A stretch of 64,000 nt of DNA from Lepidodermella squamata. Taxonomy: Eukaryota > Animalia > Gastrotricha. The notes under the pieces are model-generated. The model worked only from the letters and a program-made list of their open reading frames with translations. It made no database searches and was not told the origin of the DNA. The DNA is taken from the NCBI GenBank assembly GCA_047495785.1, contig JBLDXI010000010.1, forward strand, positions 1,364,001-1,428,000, written 5' to 3'. The position numbers were made by a program, and so were the translations under genes. Every line of letters starts with the position of its first letter. Within the stretch, counting starts at the first letter, position 1. Shown piece after piece: positions 1-11,398 of this stretch.

Positions 1-377
1 TCTATCTACAATTTTTCGATCAACTTAAATTAAAGCTGAAAAATAGCAATAAAAATAGAGTATGCCACAGATGTTCGTTTTTCGTAACAATCAAATTTTG
101 AGTGGCGCTAAAAAAAACTTGAAAATAGACTTAACAACTGACAAAAATCGCTACAATCTTTTTTCCTAATTTAAAAATCATAGGGAAGGAACCGCACCTC
201 GAAGTTTGCATCACTAGCATCCTTGAAAGATGAGGAATTTTTAGGTCCAAGTTTCAAAAAATTCCGAGGCCTACGACTATTTTCACCTTTTAAATCAATG
301 CATTTAAATTAGTGTGCAAATTTATGGTTTAGCGTAAACAGGCAAGTGCGTGAGTGTCCGATCTGTTACATCATTGT

Positions 378-3300
378 CTATGGCGTCAACAAATCTGTAG
401 CGTACTTCCATGCGTACCCTTTCGATCTCTCCATCAGATAAATTTGACCGTTGTAGACCAGCGGTTCGAAAAAGCCTGACCCTGGCGTTGCATTAATGAT
501 ATCAGTCGAATAAGCCAGAATGAATGCATTTGCTACATTTTGAAGGGTGAGGTCACGATATCTCGAATGACCAGGATCACCTCCCCAAGCTGCCCATTCT
601 TCGGTTTTCGAGTATGGTGTAAAATTGTCCAGAACAACTCGAGTTATATCGCCCTTCTGACTATCGACCGTGTACAGGCTTTCATCGTCCATTACCAAGT
701 AAGAATCAGTGACGTCCTCAGAAATAGCATCAGTGATCGCAAAAGGCCTGAAGCGATCGCTGCCTGCGTCGTTGTAAATCCCCACGATGCCACCCGAAAT
801 TATCGAGAAAATACTGTTCCGGTTAACAATTGGCCCGTTATTCGGATGATACTGACGCAAGCCCATATAGCTCTTGATAGATCCTTCGAATCTGTCCAAA
901 GTAACAAAGGAATCATCTTGGGCTATGACTACTCCATCAGGAGACAATGCCGCTGTTGCAGCTCGATAATCAGAGCCAATATTGACACTTTGCGATCGCC
1001 ATTTGGGACCATTAACTTCGTTGTAGTTGAACGCTACCTCGTCATCTGATGGCCATAATACGAAAACAAAAGCTGCATCGTCGCTAACTGGCTGCCATTC
1101 GTAGCCGTTATACAGTCTATCACCGATAACGCAGTGTTCGTCCATATTACCATTGGTCGCGTTAAGCGTACAGTATCCCTTATTCACTGATATTATCAGG
1201 GTATCGTCATTCATCAAAGCCAAGCCCATAACATTGATGTCAGAGGTAGATGAAACCAATTCTTGGCTTTTGAAGACATACGCGCCATCTGTAATTTTGA
1301 GAGCATGGACTCGCCGATGAGCCAAGAAGTAAACCAATCCATTGCTGTCACTTACAACACCAGGCAATCTTTCAAAATTTTGATCTTCAGTCTCCGGTAG
1401 GTCGATTTGAGTATCCCACTCCGCTACGAGGCCGTTAGCCCTTATGGCATGGAAAATCACACCTGTTTCCAGGTGGTAGCTTTTTGTGAATATGTAGTTG
1501 TAGGCCTTTGAAGCAAAAGGCTGCGAGAAAAGACAGCCTTCAAATGGGCAGTTAAATTGCCATTCCAATTGCTTGTGAAGATATTTCTTTTCGAAAATCC
1601 AGATTGTAGCGTCAACTCGGGACATTACAAAAATTTGATCGCCTAAAATCAGCGGCTCGTGGAGTAGGATAGAAGTGCCGTTTGTCAACTTGTGCTTCGC
1701 TACTCCGGTGAATGAATTCATCCCAGCTGGGCTCGAAAAATTCAAGTATCTTGTATGACCGTTATTACCTCCAGAGTTCAGCCAGTCAAAATTTGTCTGG
1801 AAAGGTCGGGGCGTGGTCGATGTGGATTTTGTTGGAATTATCGGGTCGTATTCCAATGTGTATTTAGACATCTCGCCCCCGCCATCGATTACGTAGATGT
1901 AATCGTGGCTTAGCACCAGGTGAGTTCTCGTAGGATCAGTTGTAAAGCTGCTTTGAAATACCTCCTTGGTATTTCGGTTTACTCCAGCGAAACCATTTTT
2001 TGTTATTAGGAAGATGAAGTTGTCTGTCACTATGGGCCCACTTTGAGGATCAACTCGGCCGAGCGGGTATTCCTCCATCATTGCCATCGTTCGATTTCTG
2101 TCGAAAACCGATATGGTATTTAGTGTAACCACATAGAGGCCCTCCTTCGCAATAGCAGGATCGCCGGCTCTCGTTGGGCCCAAGAAAACGTGTGGGCTAG
2201 TTGCTAACGCTTCAATTCTATTGAAAGCTTGCCACGAGATGAGACCAGAACCGTACCATACTTCAGCTATACCAGAAATTCCGTCAATCGAAACTTGCCA
2301 CTCGTAACCCGGGCCTGCTCCGTCCGCAAGATTGGTCTCTAGAATTTTACCTGTGTATGGATCGATCGTAACAACCCCTCCAGGGACACTCGCGAATAGA
2401 ACCGATGCATCTGGGGCCAAAGTGATGGCGAAAAGAGTTCCGCTATCAATGACGTCATCAGTTGTGAACTCGGTTCTACCAGTTTGAATTTCGAGGCATC
2501 GAACTTTGTTGCCAATCCTGAAATAGACAAGCCCAAGGTTCTCGTTCACAGCGTCGCCAAATTGACCGTACAACTCCATACTCGAGTTGAAGGCTGGTAG
2601 GTCCATAGTTGTGACTTCCCATTTCTCATACAGGTAGTAAGCATCAAACGCTTTGAATGTGAATACTCCAGTCTCTGGGTTGAAAGCTTTCAGGAAAATC
2701 ATGTTGTAGCGCTCCGAGATGAATGGCTGGGAGAAGGAAACATTCGAGCTTGTATCATAGCTCACCTTTTTCGAGAATGACAAATCTTCGGCAAGGTATA
2801 CCCAGATTGAGAAGCCGTGCTTTTGAACTAGGTATATCGAGTTTCTGTATAGCAAGGGCTCCCAAGGCTCATAATCAAAATTGATAGATTCCAGCAGTTG
2901 CACGCTATTGCATGATGGATCAATCGAAAAATTCCGATACCTTGTATGGCCATGGTCGCCACCTGAGTTAAGCCAATCATCGCCATTTGGTTTAGTATGT
3001 GCAGTCGTTGCCTGAGCTATTGTTGTAGTAGGGTCGATCTCAGTTTCGAAGAAGCCATATTTAGCAACGGCTCCGCTTATACTGTCTGCGATTAGGACGT
3101 AGTCACTGTTGATAACGAAGAAAGAGTCTCGGCTATTCTGATCCATAGCTGTGTCAACATAAAACATCTGTTTCGATGTTTTGTTGTAAGCAGCAACTCC
3201 GCCAGGAATCATGACAAAAATAAAGTCTTTAGTAACGATAGGAGCACTTAAAACTCGATGGCCGCCAAACGCTACATCATCAATTCCAACACCTAGTTTT

Positions 3301-5525
3301 CGATCGATTATAAACACCTTGTACTGATCATCGTTCACGTAGATTTCATCGGGAGCGATTGCAGGAGCTAGCGATGAGATGGGTTGCTGTTTGTTGTCAA
3401 AAGGCATCATATCTGAGTACCACTTTTCTCCTTGAAGTCTCACGCTGCCGTAGAATACCAAATCGTCACTGGCCCATAGAGTCAATATCACGGCTTTATC
3501 GTCAACAGCTGGAATCCACTCCTCGCCCTGTTGAGCAATCTCGATAAACTCTCTTGTTCGATCAGTGATTACTGCTCCAAAGACGCTGTTCACTTCGTAG
3601 TAGCCCCGTGGCACGGCTACTATCAGCGCGCCTTGTACCAGAGCGAGGCCAAAAATAGGCGAGTCGGGGTATGAAGTAGAACCTAGATCAATGGTTGTGT
3701 ATTTCGTTTCGCCATTATTTCCACTCAGGGCTCTAACTTTGCGCCCAACTTGGAAATACACCAGACCTAGAAAGTCGCTCTCGACCCCGCTGAGCCAACC
3801 TGCGAATTCCCCAGTGAAGTTGAGATCAGCACCACTGACGTTCCACTGAAAGCCATCTGGGCCGATAGGAATTGCGTGGAACAGTATTCCAGTGTCAGGA
3901 TGGTAACTTTTAGTGAAGATAGTGCTCATTCTTTCTGAAATGAATGGCTGAGCAAACTGACGACCTTTTTCTGCGTAAACCTCTCGTTTTTCAGTTAAAT
4001 TCAGGCTAGACTCGTCTAGCACCCATAGCATTGCATTTCCCCGACCATTTTCACGATTCATAACATAAATCTTTGAGTTCAAAATCAGCGGCTCCCACAA
4101 TGGTTCTCCATTCCATTCGGGTAGGTTAGTCTTGCCCATGAGATAGAATGAGTTGAAAGACCCCGAGTAGCTAACATCTCGATACCTTGAATGAGTCGAA
4201 TCTCCGCCCGAATTTGTCCATGGCAGTGACCATGTAACTGGGTCACTTCCTTGGGTAGTAGATTGCGTAATCGGAGCAGTAGTTGGCAAGATAGGATCTC
4301 CGCCAAACAGGTCGTACTTCATTAACTTGCCATTAGGACTGTCGACCAGGTAAACGTAGTCTCTGTCTACGGCGATGGATGAGTAAGTTACATCCGTACC
4401 AGCATCTTCGACTGAATAAAAAAGCTGGGTTGACTTTTCAATCGCAGCAAATCCACCAGGTATCATTGTTACGATGTAGTCCCGAGTTACGATCGGACCA
4501 TTCCTTGCCTTCAAATAAGGAGAGTCGATTGTTTCGAGGAGCGTTGCAGTTTCTCGATCTAGTTTCAAGATATCGTCGCGTGAGATGACGTAGATCCCTT
4601 CTGGGGTAACAGCCGGGCTGAATGTCCGGAAATCTGATACTGATGCTGGAATCTTTTGGGAAAGGACCGAGCTAGTTTTGTTTGTAAATGCGTGCTGTAT
4701 ATCTGTTGAGTTAACACTCCATAAAATAGATACGACGATCTCGTCATCCCCAGCCGGCTCCCATGGAAGCCCTATCTGACAGGCGCCACAATGCCAGGAA
4801 TGAAAGTTCTGAATAATTACTTCCCCTGTCTCAGGGTCGATTTCAGCGAAAGCACCACATGAGGATACAACCAAACTGCCGCCTATCAACGCGACACCAT
4901 AGATGCCAGTGTCGTAATCCTTATTAAGCTCGATGCGTCCCGATCTCATCTTTAAACTCAAATCGGCATAATTGAGCGCCAATAATTCGTGACCCATTTC
5001 GTTGTAAACAGCTGATAAATCATCATAAGGCAGAGGTCCAAATGTGCTGTAGAATTTATCAGAATCATCAGTCAAAGGCTTGGTTATACCCTTTGTTACA
5101 TCACTTGTATGACAACTGTGGAGTAGCACTCCGGTTAAAGGACTGTAGCTTCTGGCAAAAAGTAGGCCTTGTTCAGCGGAAATCGTTGGCTGAGTACATT
5201 TTCTGTTCACATCGAACGTGTAAAAGGTGGTGGTTTGAAGCAACTCAAGGTTGGTCTCGTTCAATACCCAGATTTGACCTTCGTCTTGTGATACGATGAA
5301 AATCTTGCCGTCGAATAGCAATGGCTCCCATAACACAGTTCGGATAGAGTGCTTTTCCAGCGCTGCCTCAGCAACTAATTTAGGTTCTGTCAGGCTCGAA
5401 GGCGATGAGAAGTCTCGATAACGGGAATGGCTGTGATCACCGCCAGTATTAACCCATGGTAAGTAAGTGGCTGTAGATATTTCAAGGTAGCTGCATAAGG
5501 CAAGTATTAAGAAGAGCCACTTCAT
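378..5525 (-). CDS. Secreted 1715-aa protein with four complete and one truncated PQQ-like beta-propeller units
   Basis: Intronless ORF with signal peptide MKWLFLILALCSYLEISTA. The ~400-aa unit recurs about every 1.2 kb, each copy opening with W-x-N-x-G-G-[DN]-x-x-H-[ST]-R-Y followed by (W/H/F)EPL and QPF/QPT. Thr-rich linkers separate the units. Confidence 0.8.
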   Translation of the reverse strand: MKWLFLILALCSYLEISTATYLPWVNTGGDHSHSRYRDFSSPSSLTEPKLVAEAALEKHSIRTVLWEPLLFDGKIFIVSQDEGQIWVLNETNLELLQTTTFYTFDVNRKCTQPTISAEQGLLFARSYSPLTGVLLHSCHTSDVTKGITKPLTDDSDKFYSTFGPLPYDDLSAVYNEMGHELLALNYADLSLKMRSGRIELNKDYDTGIYGVALIGGSLVVSSCGAFAEIDPETGEVIIQNFHSWHCGACQIGLPWEPAGDDEIVVSILWSVNSTDIQHAFTNKTSSVLSQKIPASVSDFRTFSPAVTPEGIYVISRDDILKLDRETATLLETIDSPYLKARNGPIVTRDYIVTMIPGGFAAIEKSTQLFYSVEDAGTDVTYSSIAVDRDYVYLVDSPNGKLMKYDLFGGDPILPTTAPITQSTTQGSDPVTWSLPWTNSGGDSTHSRYRDVSYSGSFNSFYLMGKTNLPEWNGEPLWEPLILNSKIYVMNRENGRGNAMLWVLDESSLNLTEKREVYAEKGRQFAQPFISERMSTIFTKSYHPDTGILFHAIPIGPDGFQWNVSGADLNFTGEFAGWLSGVESDFLGLVYFQVGRKVRALSGNNGETKYTTIDLGSTSYPDSPIFGLALVQGALIVAVPRGYYEVNSVFGAVITDRTREFIEIAQQGEEWIPAVDDKAVILTLWASDDLVFYGSVRLQGEKWYSDMMPFDNKQQPISSLAPAIAPDEIYVNDDQYKVFIIDRKLGVGIDDVAFGGHRVLSAPIVTKDFIFVMIPGGVAAYNKTSKQMFYVDTAMDQNSRDSFFVINSDYVLIADSISGAVAKYGFFETEIDPTTTIAQATTAHTKPNGDDWLNSGGDHGHTRYRNFSIDPSCNSVQLLESINFDYEPWEPLLYRNSIYLVQKHGFSIWVYLAEDLSFSKKVSYDTSSNVSFSQPFISERYNMIFLKAFNPETGVFTFKAFDAYYLYEKWEVTTMDLPAFNSSMELYGQFGDAVNENLGLVYFRIGNKVRCLEIQTGRTEFTTDDVIDSGTLFAITLAPDASVLFASVPGGVVTIDPYTGKILETNLADGAGPGYEWQVSIDGISGIAEVWYGSGLISWQAFNRIEALATSPHVFLGPTRAGDPAIAKEGLYVVTLNTISVFDRNRTMAMMEEYPLGRVDPQSGPIVTDNFIFLITKNGFAGVNRNTKEVFQSSFTTDPTRTHLVLSHDYIYVIDGGGEMSKYTLEYDPIIPTKSTSTTPRPFQTNFDWLNSGGNNGHTRYLNFSSPAGMNSFTGVAKHKLTNGTSILLHEPLILGDQIFVMSRVDATIWIFEKKYLHKQLEWQFNCPFEGCLFSQPFASKAYNYIFTKSYHLETGVIFHAIRANGLVAEWDTQIDLPETEDQNFERLPGVVSDSNGLVYFLAHRRVHALKITDGAYVFKSQELVSSTSDINVMGLALMNDDTLIISVNKGYCTLNATNGNMDEHCVIGDRLYNGYEWQPVSDDAAFVFVLWPSDDEVAFNYNEVNGPKWRSQSVNIGSDYRAATAALSPDGVVIAQDDSFVTLDRFEGSIKSYMGLRQYHPNNGPIVNRNSIFSIISGGIVGIYNDAGSDRFRPFAITDAISEDVTDSYLVMDDESLYTVDSQKGDITRVVLDNFTPYSKTEEWAAWGGDPGHSRYRDLTLQNVANAFILAYSTDIINATPGSGFFEPLVYNGQIYLMERSKGYAWKYATDLLTP

Positions 5526-5692
5526 GCTAAGTTAGAAAGCGTCATGAACCAAAATAAATGGAAATATTAATTGTGGTATAAGTTTTGGATAATTATCAAT
5601 GAAAGATAAGATAAAACGCTGTCCGAGTCTTTCACAACACCCCGAAGCTTTTTTCACTGATAAAGAAAAATTGATGCATCAGAATTTTCCTG

Positions 5693-5718
5693 AGCTAAGC
5701 ATTTAGCTAAGCATTTAG
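5693..5718 (+). repeat. 12-bp tandem duplication
   Basis: agctaagcattt x2 plus ag. Confidence 0.7.
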
Positions 5719-5794
5719 AATTCGGATATTTTATTATTGCTCTCCAATTTTCTCAGAATATCATATTTTCAGCTGTTTCGTATGAAAATTAATA

Positions 5795-7393
5795 TCATTC
5801 CATTGACAGTTGCACCTTGTCATTATCACTACCGTTTCGACGGCGCCATTCCCGGTAGCTGTAAAGAAAAAGAAAAATATATATATAAAATAATGTCGAT
5901 TATTGATAAAGTTACATCAGGAAAGCATTCCCCATCATTGAGAGGGCCAATAATCCACCTAAGACCCCTCCTATAACCGCAGAGTCGTCTGAACCACAAT
6001 CGATAGGACTCTTTTCAGTTGTCGAAATGATGGGGGTAGTTGGATGAGCTGTCTCGGTGGAAGGCAACTCATCCTCGGACGTAGTCATAGTTGTAGGCAG
6101 CGTTGTCGTAGTTGATGCGGTAGTGGTCTCAATTAAAGGGTTGTAAAACATTGACAGCAATACAAATTTTCCTTGCTTGCTATCAGCGACTATCACCTTG
6201 TCTCCGTAGAGACTAATCCAAGAATTTGACACATCTTGATCGATAACATCGTCTATGAAAAACCCGATTGGTTCGTTATTATTCAGTTTATATGGATCGA
6301 CAGCAACAACTCCTCCTTGAATCAGACCGAAACTGAAATACGGAGTGACGATTGGCTCGCTCCATAACACTTTCGCTCCTGGCATATCGGAAACACGTTT
6401 GTCTTCACCAGTTAATAGATCGACCTGGCATATCTGATTAAAGTTAAAGAGACAGACAACGAAGATCGAATCCCCTGCCAAAGCTGGGATCATAGTTCTG
6501 ATCGATGGGTGCTCTTCAACCGCCAGAGTCTGCCATGTCTGTGTTAAGGAATAGTCTGCTTTGTTGAATTTAACGGAATTCCAAGCCACGTTAGTATCGT
6601 CTACCCATTCAGTGCAGATGACAGCCGAATGTGCCTGGTCAATGACTGGCAGCCATTCCGAACCTTTCTTAGCACCATTGAACAGCAATTCCCCATTTTC
6701 GGCTATCGATTCGTTGAGGAAGAGAACATGTGATATACCTCCATCTAATGAGACAAAGAGGTATGAGTCATCCAGAAGAGCTTGCCCTTGGATTGCAAGG
6801 CCAGATTTTGTTTTAGTGACGTACTCGATATTTCCATTATTCGCATTTAATGAGTAGATCTTTGACCCAGCTCGAAAGTGAACTAAATTATCTTTTTCGC
6901 TGACAACATCTCCGAAATTCCCAGAAAAATCAATTGCTCTCTCATCGGGTAATTTAGTCACCCAAGCTTGACCCAAATTTGGATCATTGAGGTTCATGGC
7001 GATCAAAACAACGCCTGTTAAATAGTAGTAGCTATTTACGAAGAGTAAGCCTTGTTTTCTGCCAATGAACGGTTGGCCATACATTCGACCCGTTTCTTCG
7101 TAAAACGGGCTGGAAGATGTGACAGCACCAGTCTCCGGGTCAATGCGCCAAAACTTCGACCCATACTTTGACGAAAAGTAAATCATTTTGTTGTAAGCTA
7201 ACGGTTCCCAAAATGTGTCGCCATTCTCCAGTCCTAGAGGAAAAGCCCATTCTACTTTGAAGGAGTTGACATTTTGCGGGATATTAACATTCGCGGAACG
7301 AGTATGCTCGTTGTTCCCGCCATAATTGTACCAGTCATACTGGCAATTCGCTAACTGAAAAGCGAGTAACAAAAAGCTAGCGATTCGAATCAT
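5795..7393 (-). CDS. Type I membrane protein: signal peptide, one PQQ-like beta-propeller, Thr-rich stalk, TM helix, short basic tail (2 exons)
   Basis: ATG at 7393 (MIRIASFLLLAFQLANC). Propeller motifs WYNYGGNNEHTRS, WEPL, YGQPF; TM AVIGGVLGGLLALSMMGNAFL. GT-AG intron 5915-5859 joins in frame to a last exon 5858-5795 (IYREWRRRNGSDNDKVQLSME*). Confidence 0.8.
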
Positions 7394-7896
7394 GCTATGG
7401 GTGTTCCGTCTTGTTTCACTGCATGGCATTTAAGACGTATCTGCTTATCTCACAGTTGACCACCAAAATGGGGTTGGAACGCTCATGCTGAGATAAGACT
7501 ACCGATTAACGATGGCCGGAAAGTAACCCCCATTTAATTGCAGTCGTTGTCCAAAATTTGTATCTTAACCTTAATGAGTCACCCATTTTATTGTGATGAT
7601 TCATATGTGCGTCCTCGATCGAAAATGGCCTCGAACTGAGGTTATCCGGAACCATTCTCAAGTGATGAGTGAAAATCCACCGAAATACATTAGAGTTCTA
7701 ACTATCAATTCTCTAGAGCCCGCCGAAGTTAGTGGGTGCGATTTGCCTCATCAATATTTCAAACAAATCCATTGCGTGTTGAAGGCGGCGGGCATCAATC
7801 ATTAACGATATTCAGTAATGATGCTATGAATGATCCGACCTGCATAGTACAAAAATTTCATACATACAAAGTATTGCACTTATCTGATTTGGGAAA

Positions 7897-10091
7897 ATGA
7901 CCGATGAAGATACCGCCCTAACCCTAGATGCTGATTCAATGCAGCCCGGCGATGTTGAAATCAGCCTGAACGAACGATTGAACTGTTTCACCCCAGACTG
8001 CTTTCGTCGTACTGACTACAGCGAATCTGATGAAGATCAAACCGCAGCGAAGAGGGAAGAGCGTCGCCTTAATGAATTTTTCGCGACTATGGCTCAACTT
8101 CGTCATGACGAGCGATTCTGTGATGTGACAATCCAAATTGATTCAGTTGGAATACCAGCTCATAGAATAGTGCTATCGGCTGCAAGTCCTTTCTTTCACA
8201 GATACTTCATCGACAACCCTCCCGTTGTTCAGTTCAGGAAGGTCGAAAGAACTGATAAAGAGAACGACGAGCCAGCTAAAAGTCACGTAGAAGAACTTCA
8301 CGTTTCTCCTTACAAAATGTATCTCAACAACTACGACTCAAGGTTGAGCTGTGAATATGAGTCTTACTGTTTTAATCTTTTATTCTTTATCTAGGATGAT
8401 CGAGCCACTCATTGAATTCGCGTATTCAAGGAGGCTTGATGTGACGGAGGCAAATGCTTTCGATCTCTATCGGCATGCTAGACTGCTCGAAATGGAAGAC
8501 GCTAAAGAGAAAATTTGTTCATTTTTGATCGATGGGCAAGCCATTAACTTACCTCTCTTATTTCGCTGATATTTCCTATTAAACAGGCTGACCCATATGA
8601 ATGTGTATGCTCGGCTTGATTTCGCTGTAAAATGTAGCGCCCAACCTGTTCGAGAGGCCTGCATCAAATTTCTGAGCTCTGACTTCTGGCATACGTGCTG
8701 CGCAAGTGGTTTCTTCAAGCTGGAATTTCCCACAGTTCAAGACATGCTATCATCCGCCTTAACTGGGTCCGTCAGTGAAGACGAAGTTCTCGACGCCGTT
8801 GTTAACTGGGTAAGCCACGCAAGGGCGACCAGAAATCACCATTTGGAAGAGCTGTTCGATCTTGTTCAACTTGCATTCGTTTCGAATTCTACTATATCAG
8901 ACGCGCTAACTCAGCAACCTGGTTTGCTGTCAGGAAATCCTTACTGCAACGATAAGTTGAAGGTAAGGTACGACGAGGGAAATCGCGTTGAAATCGGCTC
9001 AATGCTACCGCGAGGTGGCTTTATCTACGCCGTAGGACGGCCTATAAATCACTACGGTAAACTCATTTTCCCCTTCTCTTCAAAACTTAATTGAATCTTT
9101 ACAGAGCATTTCTTCGAGGTTTATGACCCAATCATGAACAACTGGCGCATAGGTCCAAAAGTAAACAACTATCAGTTTGGGGCTGAGTTAAAGCTCGCGA
9201 GTATTGGGTCAACAATCTACATGCTCGGTGATCGATTCATCCGACCCTCACCGACTGCTATGAGCTACGACCTGTGTACCGAGGCGTGGACCACGATTCC
9301 AACTCAGAACCCAGCTAGAATTGGCATATCGCTATGCTCTGTGCCTTACATGGAGGCTATTATAAGCATTGGTGGATTCACTGCTGCTGATTGGGTCGCA
9401 GGCGCGTCGGATTGTGTTGAAATCTATAGGAAATCAACTGGGACTTGGGATCCATTGCCCAAGCTTAACACCATTCGAAAGCACTGCTGCTCCGTTGTCA
9501 ATGGGGATCGGGTTTTCGTTTTAGGTAAGGCGTTTTACAGTTTTTTCCATGTCATTCATCGATTCCATCAGGTGGGGTCGATGAGAATGGAGCGGTTAAC
9601 TCAGGCGAATATTTCTCGCTGTCTAAAGCTGCCGAGAACAGTTCGGGCAACCTCGATGGAGTTGGCTGGGAGCTTATCAAGCCAATGGATATTACCCGCT
9701 ACAAAGCTGGGGCGGTTTTATCCACAAACAAGCTCTACATCGCAGGGGGCCGGGAGTTAGCCCAGGACGATCCACCTTCCCCGGCAATCCGCTGCGTTGA
9801 TTTCTACGATTTTGAGAAACAAAAGTGGTATCAAGCTCCATCGATGGCTTTCAACAGGGCATCTTTCAGTCTGGTCGCGTCTGGAGGGGTGATCTACGCT
9901 GTAGGGGGCTATGATGACCCATCGAACAAACGAGCGACAGTTGAGAGATACGATCCTCGTACTAACAAATGGGCAACAGTCGCCCCGTTGAGTCAGGTAA
10001 TATTTCAGAATTTCGAGTCTTTTTTTATGTTTCATTGTCTCGTATATAGGCAAAAGGAACAACTGTGGCTACATGCGTATCGCCTCATTGA
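7897..10091 (+). CDS. BTB-BACK-Kelch (kelch-like) protein, 6 exons
   Basis: BTB motif FCDVTI...IPAHRIVLSAASPFF; BACK motif VSEDEVLDAVVNWV; kelch repeats (IYAVGGYD, VERYDPRTNKW). In-frame introns 8343-8394, 8536-8586 (GC-AG), 9057-9104, 9525-9571, 9997-10049. Confidence 0.9.
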
Positions 10092-11398
10092 AATCGATCT
10101 GTATGAGAGGAGATAATGAACTACGCGTCAATATTTGCTTCTGCGCATTGCAAATAAAAACAGGACGTCTATTGTACAGTTTTTGATTTTTCATTGCGAT
10201 GCCAAAAATGGATGATTCAATTTTCGATGCGATGTGACTACATTCAATTTTCTAGTCGTCTGCCCAGGGCGGTTATTCCGTCGACCTATCGAGTTGCTTT
10301 TCCCATTCATTCGCAGTCCCTGGGGCAGATGATGATACTGAGTGGGCGAATTACTTGTCAACCTCGTGTACCGTTCGCCCCAGCGTTCCAATTAAATTGA
10401 TTGAATGAGTTTTTTCGCTCCTCAAGATGTTGTAAGATCGGATGTGGGAAAATCGAGTTATACAATGCGTATAAGTTTACGAATTCACTTTGCTGGCACA
10501 AAAAAGAAAATCAATTTTTTCACGCGATATCGTACGCGCACGTTTGTATGAGTGTGTGTGCGTGTATGAGCTGCTTCGAATTTTAGCGCGCAGTTAATTA
10601 ATCGAAAAACTCGGGAAATATCAGCATCGCGTCGTTGCAGCCAGGTGTGTGCGCCTTATGTCGCTTAGATTAGCTGGCTAGCGGCTGTGTAATTAATATT
10701 TAGCCATTCAAATCGTTCCCCCTTTTCCTGCTTTGTGTTTTTTTGAGAATATATGTAGCTATTTGTTTAAAAATTCAACTTCCGATAACTCCAGACATGT
10801 GATACAGACATTTGTTGTTCCAATATACGGAAAAAGCTCATTCTCAAAATTTGGACTTAATGATGTCCCAAATTTAGGTATAAGTATTCTAAGATATAGC
10901 GTCACTTATGAGAGCAGTAGAACATTTTAGTAGCATTTGATGCGTCGATTGGATATAATTTGGGTTTGATTGTTAACAAATCTGTTGCTCAAGCGACCTG
11001 GCCACTTGTCTGAGATTTAGTCTAAAAACACGTTAATTAACAAAAAACCGTGATACTCGAAGTTGAAAGATTTCAATTATTTTGCAACTACATTTCCAAC
11101 ATTTCCGGCCTACGGCGCGTCAAGAGCCGCGCACCTAGATTGCGTATCTAAAGCCAAAGATTGAAAATCTTGTTTTAGCAATCGCTCTATGTCCTTGTCG
11201 TAAACAAAATCTAAATTTGTTTGCCGCGTTAAATTGACCGTATCATTATCGCACGCACTATGACAACATGCCCTCTTACTAGATAATCGATTATTTTCAA
11301 AAGTTGACAGTTCGTGTGTGTGTGATCATTCTAAGATACCGCCTTCTTATATTTCATATTTTCTTGATCAAAAGTCTTTAGACATTTTGTGTCCTTAC

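Noticed and set aside
7897-10091. Kelch gene as a RAG2-like partner of the transposase
   Set aside because: It is an ordinary BTB-BACK-Kelch gene 16 kb outside the element and has no PHD finger.
10510-11138. Possible Helitron/Helentron-derived insert (GT-rich tract, GCGCG hairpin, CTAG)
   Set aside because: Stem is only 5 bp and 2 nt from CTAG; no definable 5' end.
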